Part shown: positions 40,061 through 50,563 of the stretch, piece by piece | Layout of the letters: every line of letters begins with the position of its first letter | Position numbering within the stretch: position 1 is the first letter of the stretch | From: Candidatus Yanofskybacteria bacterium RIFCSPHIGHO2_01_FULL_43_32 | GTDB taxonomy: Bacteria > Patescibacteriota > Minisyncoccia > 2-02-FULL-40-12 > GWA2-44-9 | Direction: 5' to 3' | NCBI GenBank assembly: GCA_001794125.1 | Contig: MGJF01000002.1 | Span: 236,514 to 300,513 of the forward strand | Length of the DNA stretch: 64,000 nucleotides | Made by a program: the position numbers and the translations under genes | Notes under the pieces: generated by a model | The model's database searches: none | Told to the model about the DNA's origin: nothing | Seen by the model: the letters and a program-made list of their open reading frames with translations, nothing else

Positions 40061-40855
40061 TTAAACCACCAACACTTCCGCTTTCACATCCTTCTCTTCG
40101 GTCCGGACAACCCGGGTCTTTTTTAATATCCAGAACAAAATCATTCCGACCAGCATACCGCACCAGATAAAAATAAATGACAGGCCAGACAAAATAAGAA
40201 ACAGTCCAAATGCCAATATCGGCGGCGCAAACCGGAAATACGGTTTTAAAAATTGGTTGACTTGCTGATAAGCCTGACTGGCAATTTGGCCGACAATATA
40301 TCTACGTTCAGCGGCATTTTGCGTGTCCAAACGCGGACCGATAAACTTATCAGCGACCTGCTGAAAAAAAGTCTGCGTCTGACCGGGCAAAGCGCCGGCT
40401 TTTTCTATTTGAGTTAATAACGGACTCTGATATGCGGCAAAGGATATCATTACAAAAAGCCCCAGGACCACTGATGTAAGACCATGATAAAACATGTCGG
40501 GAATGTTCATTATTTTCCGTTCAATAATCTCGCGCCGGACCCGGTTGGCTGACCAGAGGTTAAAAATCAGAAAAATTCCAACGGCGACAAAATTAAGCCA
40601 ATTCCAGCCAAAAACATAAAGAAATATAAGTCCTATGATTCCGGCCGTGGTCAGAGACCAGCGCCGCTGTTGGAACAAAACATATCCAAGCACAAGAACC
40701 GCAATTAGCAAAACGAAAGCACCCAGAGCCGGTATCTTGAAGTCGATTCCCGTAACGGCATCAAATTTAGCCGACTGACCGCCTAACCACATCCGCCAAG
40801 CCAAAACCGCCACCCCCGCATGCCAGATAATTAGTTTTGTTGTTAATTTATTCAT
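40061..40855 (-). CDS. Hypothetical multi-TM membrane protein
   Basis: 264-aa ORF with multiple hydrophobic segments. Confidence 0.75.
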   Translation of the reverse strand: MNKLTTKLIIWHAGVAVLAWRMWLGGQSAKFDAVTGIDFKIPALGAFVLLIAVLVLGYVLFQQRRWSLTTAGIIGLIFLYVFGWNWLNFVAVGIFLIFNLWSANRVRREIIERKIMNIPDMFYHGLTSVVLGLFVMISFAAYQSPLLTQIEKAGALPGQTQTFFQQVADKFIGPRLDTQNAAERRYIVGQIASQAYQQVNQFLKPYFRFAPPILAFGLFLILSGLSFIFIWCGMLVGMILFWILKKTRVVRTEEKDVKAEVLVV

Positions 40856-40889
40856 GCATTCACAAAATTAGTTCCTCGAAGACTGTTCA

Positions 40890-41009
40890 GGATATATGCC
40901 TTCCTCGAACCAGAATAGATTTGTTCCGGCGGCAAATCTTTCTTGTCTCTCGGCATTTCGCAGAACCAAGCCGAAATGCCTCCGAGTCCTTCTCTGAAGG
41001 CATATATCC
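40890..41009. repeat. Structured element family B, full copy
   Basis: 14-bp perfect closing stem ggatatatgccttc/gaaggcatatatcc; AGAACCAAGC loop. Confidence 0.88.
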
Positions 41010-41028
41010 CTCACTAAAAATTCTATAA

Positions 41029-41364
41029 TCAATCTTGTTCATTTATCAATTTAAACTTAACCACCTTAACCATTGTATCTAAATTTACCTTATCACCATA
41101 ATATTTCTTTAGGGATTGCAGCATCTCATCTTTACTATCCCACTTCTCGTGTCCATCAAGGTCAATGTCGTCAATCTCGCCAAGCTTTTTATACACCACT
41201 TCGGTTATTACGGCTTTGGAAAACGCCTCTCCGGAATCGCTGTTTACTAATTCCAATTCATCACCATCTTTCAAATCCTTATCATCAAAAAGGCGCATGG
41301 TGGCAGTTTTAACTCCTTCCAAAATCCATCTCGCCTTAAAATCTTTAAATTTCAGAGTTTTCAT
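41029..41364 (-). CDS. ASCH domain protein
   Basis: LKF......ILEGVKTATMR (G.K..T.R motif). Confidence 0.85.
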   Translation of the reverse strand: MKTLKFKDFKARWILEGVKTATMRLFDDKDLKDGDELELVNSDSGEAFSKAVITEVVYKKLGEIDDIDLDGHEKWDSKDEMLQSLKKYYGDKVNLDTMVKVVKFKLINEQD

Positions 41365-41379
41365 TTATTAAGTATTTTT

Positions 41380-41548
41380 AGAGCCCCCAGCCACATACCC
41401 ACAGGGAGAACTTGCGCAAACGTTTCGGCTTGGTTCTTCGAAACGTTGAGCATGTAGATAGCGCCGAGCCGCTGGAGCGAGGCGACTATCGGTCGAGTCG
41501 GGGGTATGTGGCTGGGAGCGATTCTGAAAAATGAATGAGATAGAGCGA
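41380..41548. repeat. Structured element family B, inverted diverged copy
   Basis: 15-bp perfect closing stem cccagccacataccc/gggtatgtggctggg; GCTTGGTTCT loop. Confidence 0.85.
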
Positions 41549-43420
41549 TTAGTCTTTAGGGTCCTCCTTCGGAATCTCGTTCTCCGGATTTGGCGGTGTC
41601 GGCTGAGGTTCGGCTTGGCCGGATTTGTACAACTCTCCCCCGATTCTTTGCGCCACTTTGGATAATTCTTCCGTAGCTTTTTTGATCTCCTCTATGTTCT
41701 CCGACTTTAAGATGGTTTTAACCGCTTCGGCCTTTTCGTTCAATTCCTTTTTATCCTCTTCTTTTATTTTAGCATCATTTTTCTTGACCATCTTTTCCGA
41801 AGTGTAGGCAAGTGTTTCTCCGAGATTTCGAGCCTCAACCAATTCTTTCTTTTTGGCGTCTTCAACGGCATGCTTTTCGGCATCAGCCATCATCCGCTTC
41901 TTCTCATCTTCAGTCAGACCGGAAGAACCCTCTATTTTTACCGACTGTTCTTTTCCGGTAGCTTTATCTTTAGCTTTTACATTGAGAATTCCGTTAGCAT
42001 CTATATCAAAGCTTACTTCAACTTGAGGAATACCCCGAGGAGCCGGAGGAATGCCATCCAGAATAAATCTTCCGAGAGTTTTATTGTCATGCGCCATGGC
42101 TCTTTCACCTTGTAGCACGTGAATCTCCACCGAGGGCTGGTTATCAGCCGCGGTTGAGAATATCTGAGATTTGGAAACCGGAACAGTCGTGTTCTTGTCT
42201 ATCATTTTAGTAAACACCTGGCCGAGAGTTTCAATTCCCAGCGACAACGGCGTTACGTCCAGAAGCAGCACATCGCGGATCTCGCCCTGCATGATTCCGC
42301 CTTGCACGGCCGCGCCTAAAGCGACGACTTCGTCCGGGTTTATGTCTTTGTGAGGATCTTTTCCGAATAAATTCTTAACCTCCTGGACTATCAAAGGCAT
42401 TCTCGTCTGTCCACCAACCATAATAACTTCATTAATGTCGCCAATTTTAAATCCGCTTTCATCTAATGTCTTTTTTGTAAGTTGGATGGATTTGTCCACC
42501 AGGTCTTTAACTAATTCTTCAAGCTTGGCTCTGGTAAAAATAACAGAGAAATGTTTTGCGCCCGAGGCATCAGCGGAAATGAAAGGAATGCTCACTTCCG
42601 TCTGCATGGTGCTGGAAAGCTCGTGCTTGGCCTTCTCGGCGGCATCTTTTAACCTTTGGACAGCCAACTGGTCTTTTGAGATATCTACTCCGTGTTCTTT
42701 TTTATATTCTTCTATAAAGTAGCTTATAATCTTCTGGTCTATATCGTCTCCCCCCAAATGAGTATCTCCTCCCGTTCCTCTGACTTCTATCGTGTCGTCT
42801 CCTATTTCAAGCACAGAAACATCAAATGTTCCTCCGCCAAAATCATAGACTACTATCTTTTCATCCTTTTTCTTGTTTAGTCCGTAAGCAAGCGCGGCGG
42901 CTGTAGGTTCGTTAATAACTCTTTTTACATTAAGTCCCGCGATTTCTCCCGCATCTTTGGTGGCTTTTCTTTGAGAGTCATCAAAATACGCCGGCACAGT
43001 AATGATCACGTCTGTTATTTTTTCCCCCAATCTGTCTTCAGCATCAGCTTTTAATTTTTGGAGAACCATCGCCGATACTTCGGCCGGTTTAAGCCACTTA
43101 TCGCCCATCTTTATTTCAACATCATCGTGAGCTCCCGCTCTTAATTCATAAGGAAGAAGTTTTTTGTCTTTCTGAACTTCGGCATCGGAAAACCGGCGGC
43201 CGATAAGCCGTTTCATCGAATAAATAGTGTTGGCCGGATTTGTAACCGCTTGTCTCTTAGCGGTTACACCAACATATCTTTCGCCATTTTTGCCCATGGC
43301 GACAACGGACGGGGTAGTCCTCATCCCCTCTTTGTTTTCCAATATTCTCGGTTGACCCACTTCTACTACTGCCATCGCCGAATTGGTTGTTCCTAAATCG
43401 ATTCCTAATATTTTTGCCAT
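41549..43420 (-). CDS. dnaK: Chaperone DnaK
   Basis: [30 protein letters not shown]. Confidence 0.99.
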   Translation of the reverse strand: MAKILGIDLGTTNSAMAVVEVGQPRILENKEGMRTTPSVVAMGKNGERYVGVTAKRQAVTNPANTIYSMKRLIGRRFSDAEVQKDKKLLPYELRAGAHDDVEIKMGDKWLKPAEVSAMVLQKLKADAEDRLGEKITDVIITVPAYFDDSQRKATKDAGEIAGLNVKRVINEPTAAALAYGLNKKKDEKIVVYDFGGGTFDVSVLEIGDDTIEVRGTGGDTHLGGDDIDQKIISYFIEEYKKEHGVDISKDQLAVQRLKDAAEKAKHELSSTMQTEVSIPFISADASGAKHFSVIFTRAKLEELVKDLVDKSIQLTKKTLDESGFKIGDINEVIMVGGQTRMPLIVQEVKNLFGKDPHKDINPDEVVALGAAVQGGIMQGEIRDVLLLDVTPLSLGIETLGQVFTKMIDKNTTVPVSKSQIFSTAADNQPSVEIHVLQGERAMAHDNKTLGRFILDGIPPAPRGIPQVEVSFDIDANGILNVKAKDKATGKEQSVKIEGSSGLTEDEKKRMMADAEKHAVEDAKKKELVEARNLGETLAYTSEKMVKKNDAKIKEEDKKELNEKAEAVKTILKSENIEEIKKATEELSKVAQRIGGELYKSGQAEPQPTPPNPENEIPKEDPKD

Positions 43421-43422
43421 TT

Positions 43423-43490
43423 TGAACAATGAACAGTGAACAATGAACAGTGAACAAATTTTTAATGCTCATTGCTCAATGCTCACTGAA
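43423..43490. repeat. Heptamer tandem repeats between grpE and dnaK
   Basis: (TGAACAR)x5, then (AWTGCTC)x3. Confidence 0.85.
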
Positions 43491-43491
43491 T

Positions 43492-43935
43492 TTATTTTGT
43501 TAATTTTACTCTTGCGGGGCGGATAACTTTGCCGTGCATTGTATATCCTGCCCTAACCTCAACCATTTTTGTCCCTTCTTTTTCCGTTTCCACTGCCTCA
43601 TGTAGGGCTGGATTGAATTGACCTTCCATGTTAATTCTTTCTACTCCATATTTTTTAAATAATTCACTGAATTTTTTACTTACATGTTCCAGACCGACAC
43701 CGGGAACTTCTTTCGCAACAATCTCCAGGTCATCTACCAGCTCCATCATCTCAAGAACAAGGTCCTCATTTGCGAACCTCGCAAATTCTTCCATTCTCCG
43801 CGACTCATCTTTCTTATAATTTATAAAGTCCGCCCTTTCTCTTTTCCAGTTGTTCAGATATTCCTCTGCTTTATCTGCGGTTTCAACCGGTGTTTCTTCG
43901 GCCACTATTTCGTTTTTTATTTCGTCTTTATCCAT
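43492..43935 (-). CDS. grpE: Nucleotide exchange factor GrpE
   Basis: RADFINYKK, FNPALHEAV, GYTMHGKVIRPARV. Confidence 0.96.
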   Translation of the reverse strand: MDKDEIKNEIVAEETPVETADKAEEYLNNWKRERADFINYKKDESRRMEEFARFANEDLVLEMMELVDDLEIVAKEVPGVGLEHVSKKFSELFKKYGVERINMEGQFNPALHEAVETEKEGTKMVEVRAGYTMHGKVIRPARVKLTK

Positions 43936-43939
43936 GTTT

Positions 43940-44695
43940 TTATTTATTAATTAATTTATTTAATTCCTCTGTCATAAATTTGATTAAAGCGATATTTTTC
44001 TCATAATCCATTCTCGTCGGCCCAACCAGTGTCAGTGAGCCGACACAGTTTCCCGGAAGACCATATTTGGCGCACATTACTGTTTCATGCTGAATCTGCC
44101 GGAAAGGACTTTCTTTGCCTATCATTATCTGAACAGGAATGCCTCGTGGGGCTCCCAGAGTATTAAAGAATTCTCTTTCAATAAACTGAAACATCCCCTC
44201 AAACTCTTCAAAAAATCTTGCCAACTGAAACGCCTCGCCAAACTCTTTAAACTCCGGATTTTCAAATAAACTTACCAGTCCCTTTTTAAAAAAATCCTGA
44301 TCTTGTGATATCCCTGTGATTACCAGATTTTCAGAAAGATTGGACAATACTCTGGCAACAACTTTATTTATTTCTCTTGGATCAGGAGGTATCCCGTTAA
44401 GCGCATCTTTAATTTTCTTTTTATGCCCCGTTTCAAGGTTTAAATTCTTCTTGGTCTCCAGTAAGGAATTTACATAGTATCGGTAGGCCTTGTCTGTCGG
44501 CACCCTCCCGCCGGAAGTGTGGAGCTGAGCAAGGTAGCCGGTCTTTTCAAGTTCTGCCATTTCATTCCTTAGAGTAGCCGGACTAAGCTTAAAACCCGCT
44601 TTTTTGGCTATCAAAGCAGACCCTACCGGCTTTGCGGTTTTTACATGTTCTCTTATTATGAAATCTAATAGTTTTACCTGTCTTGAACTTAACAT
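43940..44695 (-). CDS. hrcA: Heat-inducible repressor HrcA (short form)
   Basis: PVGS, SPATLRNEMA.LE..GYL.Q.HTSGGRVPT, GPTRMDY. Confidence 0.95.
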   Translation of the reverse strand: MLSSRQVKLLDFIIREHVKTAKPVGSALIAKKAGFKLSPATLRNEMAELEKTGYLAQLHTSGGRVPTDKAYRYYVNSLLETKKNLNLETGHKKKIKDALNGIPPDPREINKVVARVLSNLSENLVITGISQDQDFFKKGLVSLFENPEFKEFGEAFQLARFFEEFEGMFQFIEREFFNTLGAPRGIPVQIMIGKESPFRQIQHETVMCAKYGLPGNCVGSLTLVGPTRMDYEKNIALIKFMTEELNKLINK

Positions 44696-44713
44696 TTTTG
44701 TATATTATCAAAA

Positions 44714-44740
44714 CTGGCACTCCGATGTCAAGACTGCTAA
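44714..44740 (-). promoter_or_regulatory. CIRCE operator overlapping the hrcA -35
   Basis: TTAGCAGTC-N9-GAGTGCCAG on the minus strand; the spacer contains TTGACA. Confidence 0.88.
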
Positions 44741-44846
44741 CTCTGTGGATAAATAAAAGCCCTTCAATGGTCAATGATTACCCCCTCAAACAGTTGTTTA
44801 TTAATTATTTAATGATAAAATAAAATATCTGACCCCATCTGATACC

Positions 44847-46157
44847 ATGCCAAACAAACTAAAAAAATTCTGGAAGTCCCTCGGGCCGGGTTTGATAACC
44901 GGCGCCTCGGATGATGATCCTTCTGGCATAGTCACCTACTCGGTGGCTGGTTCCCGGCTGGGACCAAGCGCGGTGTGGACAATGCTTTATATTCTCCCCC
45001 TGATGATATCCGTTCAGAAAATGAGCGCGAAGATAGGCATATCCTCGTCGTGCGGGCTGACCGGAAATATCAAGCGTTATTATTCTAAAAGCCTTCTGAT
45101 ATTCATATCGAGTCTTATTATAATATCCAATACATTCAACATCGGGGCCAATGTTTTCGGAATGGCCTCTGCCATAGAAATGTTCACTCCCCAATCAACA
45201 AACTTGATATCTTGGGCGATAATAGGTTTAATACTTATTCTTATCATCATCCTGCCATACAGAAAGATAGTCACAATTTTCAAGTGGCTTGCTTTTTCTT
45301 TGTTTGCCTATGTAATTGCAGGACTGCTGGTAATAAACGACTGGCCGAGACTAATGTATCATCTGGTGGTACCGTCCATATCCTTTGATAAAAGTAGCCT
45401 GATGATACTGGTAGCCATTTTCGGCACCACTCTTTCGCCATATATGGCTTTCTGGCAAGCAAGCGAAGAGGCGGAAGAAAAAAAGATTAAAACAGGCGGT
45501 GAAGGCAAGAATTTCGTTTGTGAATATAAAATAGTGACAAAAAACGAGCTAAGGCGCGTTACCCACGATACCAGTGTGGGAATGTTCTTCTCTAACTTTA
45601 TCGGATTCTTTATTATAGCCCTGACCGGTGCCGTACTTTTTGGCGCTGGTATAAGGGATATTGAAACCATAAAAGAAGCAGCAGAAGCCTTAAGACCACT
45701 GGCCGGAGACTATGCTTACATCTTGTTCGCTCTGGGTGTTATCAGTGCCGGAGTTTTGGCAATACCTATTCTGGCCGGATCGTCGGCATATGTACTGTCG
45801 GAAATATTCAACTGGGGAGGAAGTCTGGATAAACCATTTTCAAAAGCCAAAGAATTTTATCTTGTTATAATATTTTCCGCCATTATTGGACTAATAATTC
45901 CTTATCTTGGAATAGGTCCCATTAAAGCGCTTCTTTGGACATCCATAATTCATGGAATTGTGGCTCCGTTCCTGATAGTGACGCTGATACACATGGCAAA
46001 CAATCCCGCGATAGTCGGCCCGAATGTTAATAATAAAAGAGAGAACTCCATTGCCTATTTTGCCTTATTCCTGATGTCTTTGGCTGTTATTGTGTTCTTA
46101 TTCATTGAAACACCGGTTGAAGATGCAAAAGCGCTTATTTTTAATCTGCTTAAGTAG
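44847..46157 (+). CDS. NRAMP-related divalent metal transporter
   Basis: GPGLITGASDDDPSGI and GTTLSPY.AFWQ. Confidence 0.9.
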   Translation: MPNKLKKFWKSLGPGLITGASDDDPSGIVTYSVAGSRLGPSAVWTMLYILPLMISVQKMSAKIGISSSCGLTGNIKRYYSKSLLIFISSLIIISNTFNIGANVFGMASAIEMFTPQSTNLISWAIIGLILILIIILPYRKIVTIFKWLAFSLFAYVIAGLLVINDWPRLMYHLVVPSISFDKSSLMILVAIFGTTLSPYMAFWQASEEAEEKKIKTGGEGKNFVCEYKIVTKNELRRVTHDTSVGMFFSNFIGFFIIALTGAVLFGAGIRDIETIKEAAEALRPLAGDYAYILFALGVISAGVLAIPILAGSSAYVLSEIFNWGGSLDKPFSKAKEFYLVIIFSAIIGLIIPYLGIGPIKALLWTSIIHGIVAPFLIVTLIHMANNPAIVGPNVNNKRENSIAYFALFLMSLAVIVFLFIETPVEDAKALIFNLLK

Positions 46158-46159
46158 TT

Positions 46160-47551
46160 ATGAAAATATTTAACACTCTAACAAAACAGCTTGAACCGCT
46201 TCCCTCGCCTGACGAGCAAAAAAAACTCAATATGTTTGTCTGCGGTCCGACGGTCTATGACTATATTCATATCGGCAACGCAAGAACGTTTGTCATGTTT
46301 GATGTTGTTGCTAAATACCTGCGCTACCGCGGTTATGACGTAAATTATATCCAGAATATCACTGATATTGATAATAAAATTATTGAAAGAGCGCAGAAAG
46401 AAAATACTGACCCGCTGGAATACGCCAAAAAATACAGCGACTTTTTCAAACAAGACATGCTGGCGCTTGGCGTCACCTCTCCGGAATACAAAAACGCCGT
46501 CGACCACATCCCCGAAGTAATTAAACAGGTCCGGACATTATTGGACAAAGGCAATGCTTATGTAATCGAGAACGACGGCATATATTTTGACCTGTCCACT
46601 TTCCCCGACTACGGCAAACTATCAGGCAGAACCGCCAGCATGGCTGATGACGCCGTTTCCCGTATAGACGACAGCGACAGGAAGCGCAATCGCGGAGATT
46701 TTGCCCTTTGGAAGTTCGGCCGACCAGGCGACCCTTCCTGGCCGGCGCCCTTCGGCGCCGGCAGGCCGGGCTGGCATATTGAAGACACCGCCATTACCGA
46801 AAAATACTTCGGCCCGCAATACGACATCCACGGCGGAGGACAAGATTTGATATTCCCCCACCACGAAGCCGAGATTGCCCAGCAAGAGTCGGCATCAGGT
46901 TTAAAACCATTCGTTAAATATTGGATGCACAGCGGATTTTTGATTAATAAAGAATCAAAAATGTCTAAATCGCTTGGTAATTTTACAACGCTCCATGAAG
47001 CCCTGAAAAAATATGGTCCAAAAAATTTAAGGCTGTATTTGTTGTCAGCCCATTACAGATCGCCGCTTGCTTTAGATGAAAACGGACTGACTTCGGCAAT
47101 CGTAAGCAACGCGGGGGTTTATGCTTTTGAAGAACGCCTCGAGTTGGTTAGAAAATCAAAAAAAACATCTGATGACGGGGCGAATAAAATAATTGACGAG
47201 GCTGTTCAGGGTTTTGAAGATAGTTTAGACAATGACTTCAATACGCCGAAAGCATTAGCTTCATTTTTTACCTCCATTAATAAGTTTTTTATGCTCTTTA
47301 ATAAAGGAGGGTTGGGTTTGAATGATGTTCTTAAAATAGAAGAATATTTGAAAACAGTTAATAATATCTTGGGTATTATTAACCAACCTAAAATAAAAAT
47401 CCCGGAAGAGATAGTGAAAAAGGTTGAAGAAAGAGAAGTTGTAAGAAAAAATAAAGAGTGGGTCAAATCAGACGAATTGCGGCAAGAAATAGAAAATTTA
47501 GGATTTGATATTGACGATACCCCATACGGCCCTCTCGTTTCTGAAAAATAA
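46160..47551 (+). CDS. cysS: Cysteine--tRNA ligase
   Basis: CGPTVY, HIGN, DFALWK, GRPGWHIE, KMSKS. Confidence 0.97.
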   Translation: MKIFNTLTKQLEPLPSPDEQKKLNMFVCGPTVYDYIHIGNARTFVMFDVVAKYLRYRGYDVNYIQNITDIDNKIIERAQKENTDPLEYAKKYSDFFKQDMLALGVTSPEYKNAVDHIPEVIKQVRTLLDKGNAYVIENDGIYFDLSTFPDYGKLSGRTASMADDAVSRIDDSDRKRNRGDFALWKFGRPGDPSWPAPFGAGRPGWHIEDTAITEKYFGPQYDIHGGGQDLIFPHHEAEIAQQESASGLKPFVKYWMHSGFLINKESKMSKSLGNFTTLHEALKKYGPKNLRLYLLSAHYRSPLALDENGLTSAIVSNAGVYAFEERLELVRKSKKTSDDGANKIIDEAVQGFEDSLDNDFNTPKALASFFTSINKFFMLFNKGGLGLNDVLKIEEYLKTVNNILGIINQPKIKIPEEIVKKVEEREVVRKNKEWVKSDELRQEIENLGFDIDDTPYGPLVSEK

Positions 47552-47576
47552 AAAGCCCATTTCAAAAAAGGGGCTG

Positions 47577-47864
47577 TCACTCGTTATTATTTTTAGCAAG
47601 CTGATAGGACCAGTAAAACAGGGCCGAAAGACCGGCAAAAACAAAAGCGGATATTTTCAAATTGCCGGCTTGGCTTAAAGATATTTGGCTGTTGCCACAA
47701 TAAAGGATAACCGCGCACGAAAAGACTAAATTAAGCAAACCAAACGCCAATAGCTTGGCCCATTTTATGTTCCCTAAAACACTGAGATAAAAGCTGTAAA
47801 AAAACAGGGTTGCGGCTGAAATCAGGCTTCCCAACAAAACCAGTGCCAAGATTTCCGTTTTCAC
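47577..47864 (-). CDS. Small three-TM protein (EamA-fragment-like)
   Basis: Hydrophobic 95-aa ORF. Confidence 0.5.
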   Translation of the reverse strand: MKTEILALVLLGSLISAATLFFYSFYLSVLGNIKWAKLLAFGLLNLVFSCAVILYCGNSQISLSQAGNLKISAFVFAGLSALFYWSYQLAKNNNE

Positions 47865-47989
47865 CTGCTCAAGAATTACGATTTTCTAAAGTTTACATCT
47901 TTTTAATCAGATGGTCAAGAATAATTTATTTTTTAATCACAGTTAATGAACAGAAAGCTTGATTATCTTTTTTTAATCAATGATAATAT

Positions 47990-49378
47990 ATGGTAATGAA
48001 TAAGGTCTCTGCCGATAAATTACCGCCGCAAGCGCTGGAAGTCGAAAAAACCCTGCTCGGTTCTCTTTTGATTGACCGGGAAGCGATAAACAAAGTCGCC
48101 GATCTGTTAAAACCGGAAGATTTTTACCAGAGAAGCAACCAGGTTGTTTATCAGGCGGTCCTGGCTCTTTTCGATAAACGCGAACCGATTGATCTTTTGA
48201 GCTTGGCCAACAAACTGGAAGAAATGGGCCACCTTGAGGATGTCGGCGGAATGGCATACCTCACTTCTTTGGCCGGCTCTGTGGGAACTTCGGCCCATAT
48301 CCTCTCTTACGCCAAGATAGTCCAGCGCAAAAAAATGTTAAGAGACCTAATTGATGCCGCGCACCACATAATCGGCATCAGCGCCAACGAGAACGAGGAC
48401 GTTGAAAATCTTCTGGATGAGGCCGAAAAGAAACTTTTTTCCGTTTCCCAAAAATCAATCACGAAAAACTTTTTACATCTTGGCGGTACTCTGGATGACG
48501 CAATGAACAGAATACTCAACCAAGGTGACGGTAAACTACGAGGCCTAAAAACGTATTTTAACGGATTAGACGATAAACTGGGCGGACTTCAGAAATCAGA
48601 CCTAATCGTCATTGCCGCAAGGCCATCCGTCGGTAAAACATCTTTTGCGTTAAATCTTGCTTTAAACATAGCCAAAGATAATGTCCCGGTTGGGATATTC
48701 AGTATGGAAATGTCGCTTGACCAGATTGTTGACCGTCTTATCGCCGCCCAATCGGGAGTAAGCGTATGGAAGATGAGAACGGGCAAACTCGGAGATGAAC
48801 TTCAGGAAACGACCCGGGCCTGCGAAGAACTGAAAAACCTGCCCCTGTTCATAGACGATTCCCCTTCACCGAACATTCTTCAAATGAGAGCTATGGCAAG
48901 AAGATTACAGTCAGAACACGGCTTAGGCCTTTTGGTCGTTGATTATCTGCAGTTAATGTCCGCCCGCAGAAATTACGACAGCCCTGTCCAGCAAGTCACG
49001 GAAATATCCCGCGGTCTCAAGGGCTTGGCCAAAGAATTGAATATCCCGATAATCGCCATTTCCCAGCTCTCCCGAGCCGTGGAGCAAAGAGACGGCCACA
49101 GGCCCAAACTATCCGACTTGAGGGACTCCGGCTCCATTGAACAGGATGCCGACCTTGTCATGTTTATTCACAGAGAAGACAAGGTCAAAGACAAGGATAA
49201 ATTGAACGCCGATCAAATAAACACCGCTCAGCTTATCATCGCTAAACACAGAAACGGCCCCACCGGAGAAATTGATTTCAAGATCAATCCTGACAGCTTA
49301 AGGTTTTTGGAACTTGATAAAATTCACGGCGACCTGGGGGTGGTAAACGATATGGGCGAAGGCGAAAATTATCTTTAA
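47990..49378 (+). CDS. dnaB: Replicative DNA helicase
   Basis: AARPSVGKT, VDYLQL, SQLSR, SDLRDSGSIEQDAD, KHRNGPTG. Confidence 0.98.
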   Translation: MVMNKVSADKLPPQALEVEKTLLGSLLIDREAINKVADLLKPEDFYQRSNQVVYQAVLALFDKREPIDLLSLANKLEEMGHLEDVGGMAYLTSLAGSVGTSAHILSYAKIVQRKKMLRDLIDAAHHIIGISANENEDVENLLDEAEKKLFSVSQKSITKNFLHLGGTLDDAMNRILNQGDGKLRGLKTYFNGLDDKLGGLQKSDLIVIAARPSVGKTSFALNLALNIAKDNVPVGIFSMEMSLDQIVDRLIAAQSGVSVWKMRTGKLGDELQETTRACEELKNLPLFIDDSPSPNILQMRAMARRLQSEHGLGLLVVDYLQLMSARRNYDSPVQQVTEISRGLKGLAKELNIPIIAISQLSRAVEQRDGHRPKLSDLRDSGSIEQDADLVMFIHREDKVKDKDKLNADQINTAQLIIAKHRNGPTGEIDFKINPDSLRFLELDKIHGDLGVVNDMGEGENYL

Positions 49379-49380
49379 AA

Positions 49381-49986
49381 ATGAATACCAAGTTTAAAGA
49401 CATCGTAAAATTATTTCAGAAACTCCCCGGCGTAGGACCGAGACAGGCAGCCAGATTTGTCATTGCTCTAATGGACAAACCGGAAGAAGAACTTCGTGAA
49501 TTCGGCAAAGCCGTAGCGAATTTGCGCAAGGAAATATCTTTTTGTCCTGTCTGCTTTAATATATCCGATAACGGTCTTTGTTCGGTGTGTTTAGACGGCA
49601 AAAGAGACCAGGCGAAACTATTGGTGGTAGAGAAAGTTACAGACTTGGATTCCATTGAACGGACAGGACTTTATAAAGGCCTTTACCACGTTCTTGGCGG
49701 AGCGATAAATCCTCTGGACGGCCTTACTCCCGAAACGCTTCGTTTAAAAGAACTTGCAGAACGCATAGGCAAGCTGGGAGACAAAAACATAGAACTTATC
49801 ATCGCCACTAATCCCAACACCGCCGGCGAAACAACTTCCCACTATATCCGAGAGGTTTTCGGCTCCGCCAGCTGGCGGAAAAAAGGGGTCTACCTGACCC
49901 GCCTCGCCCGAGGCCTTTCCTCCGGCTCAAATTTAGAATACACGGACGAGATAACACTGAAGAATGCGTTGGATTATAGGAAATAG
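49381..49986 (+). CDS. recR: Recombination mediator RecR
   Basis: LPGVGPRQA.R, C4 zinc finger, YHVLGG. Confidence 0.97.
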   Translation: MNTKFKDIVKLFQKLPGVGPRQAARFVIALMDKPEEELREFGKAVANLRKEISFCPVCFNISDNGLCSVCLDGKRDQAKLLVVEKVTDLDSIERTGLYKGLYHVLGGAINPLDGLTPETLRLKELAERIGKLGDKNIELIIATNPNTAGETTSHYIREVFGSASWRKKGVYLTRLARGLSSGSNLEYTDEITLKNALDYRK

Positions 49987-50210
49987 TCGCTCGGCCTCAT
50001 TGTATTTTTCAGCCCGTTTCGATTGCTCCTGCGGCAATCTCCACTTGTCCTCACGACGGCGGGTCCAGCCTGCCGTGTCACTAAGTTTATTGCATAGTAA
50101 AGCTTATCTGACGGAAAGCCTAAATCTTGAGTAGCTTATCTCACGAACTCCGGCGTGGACACCAAGCCCGCCTGTTCGGACGGGCTTCAAAATGCAATAA
50201 GACCTCACTT
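49987..50210. repeat. Multi-branched structured element immediately after recR
   Basis: Begins tcgctcggcctcattgtatttttcag; closing arm cggacgggcttcaaaatgcaataagacc; several inner hairpins. Confidence 0.7.
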
Positions 50211-50381
50211 TTTTTAATTTTAAACAAAAAAAAATACACTGAGGAGATTCTGAACCTCATTAGTGCAGGGAATCGACAGATCGATTCCGCTCTTCTGGTA
50301 TGAAAACCAGAATAGTTGTAGCATAACAAATCTGGTTGTCTCTGTCAATAGTATAACCCAGCCACATTTCTTTTTTGTCGC

Positions 50382-50563
50382 TTTGAACCTCTATTGCCAA
50401 TCACCACCTATTCACCAAGGCAACTGGCGGAGGGAGACGCCTTTATCCCAAAGAAGAACGTTCGCAGACGGGTAGCCGAGATAGAGCAAAAACCCGGCAG
50501 GGTTTTATGCGGTCTTCGTGGGATGAGGGCGTCTCCTTCCGTACGCGTAGAGGTTGTGTAAAC
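50382..50563 (+). repeat. Structured element family A, copy 3
   Basis: Shares both conserved flanks with 21181-21304 and has a longer central hairpin. Confidence 0.85.

Noticed and set aside
44744-44752. Perfect DnaA boxes (also 6414 and 7348) suggesting oriC
   Set aside because: Isolated single boxes, two of them inside genes; no cluster and no dnaA nearby
47040-47551. AT-richer 3' part of cysS as a possible mosaic
   Set aside because: Visual impression only; this domain is normally variable and no breakpoint signature was seen
50382-50563. SRP or 6S RNA near recR
   Set aside because: No SRP domain IV motif, and two homologous copies elsewhere show it is a repeat family member
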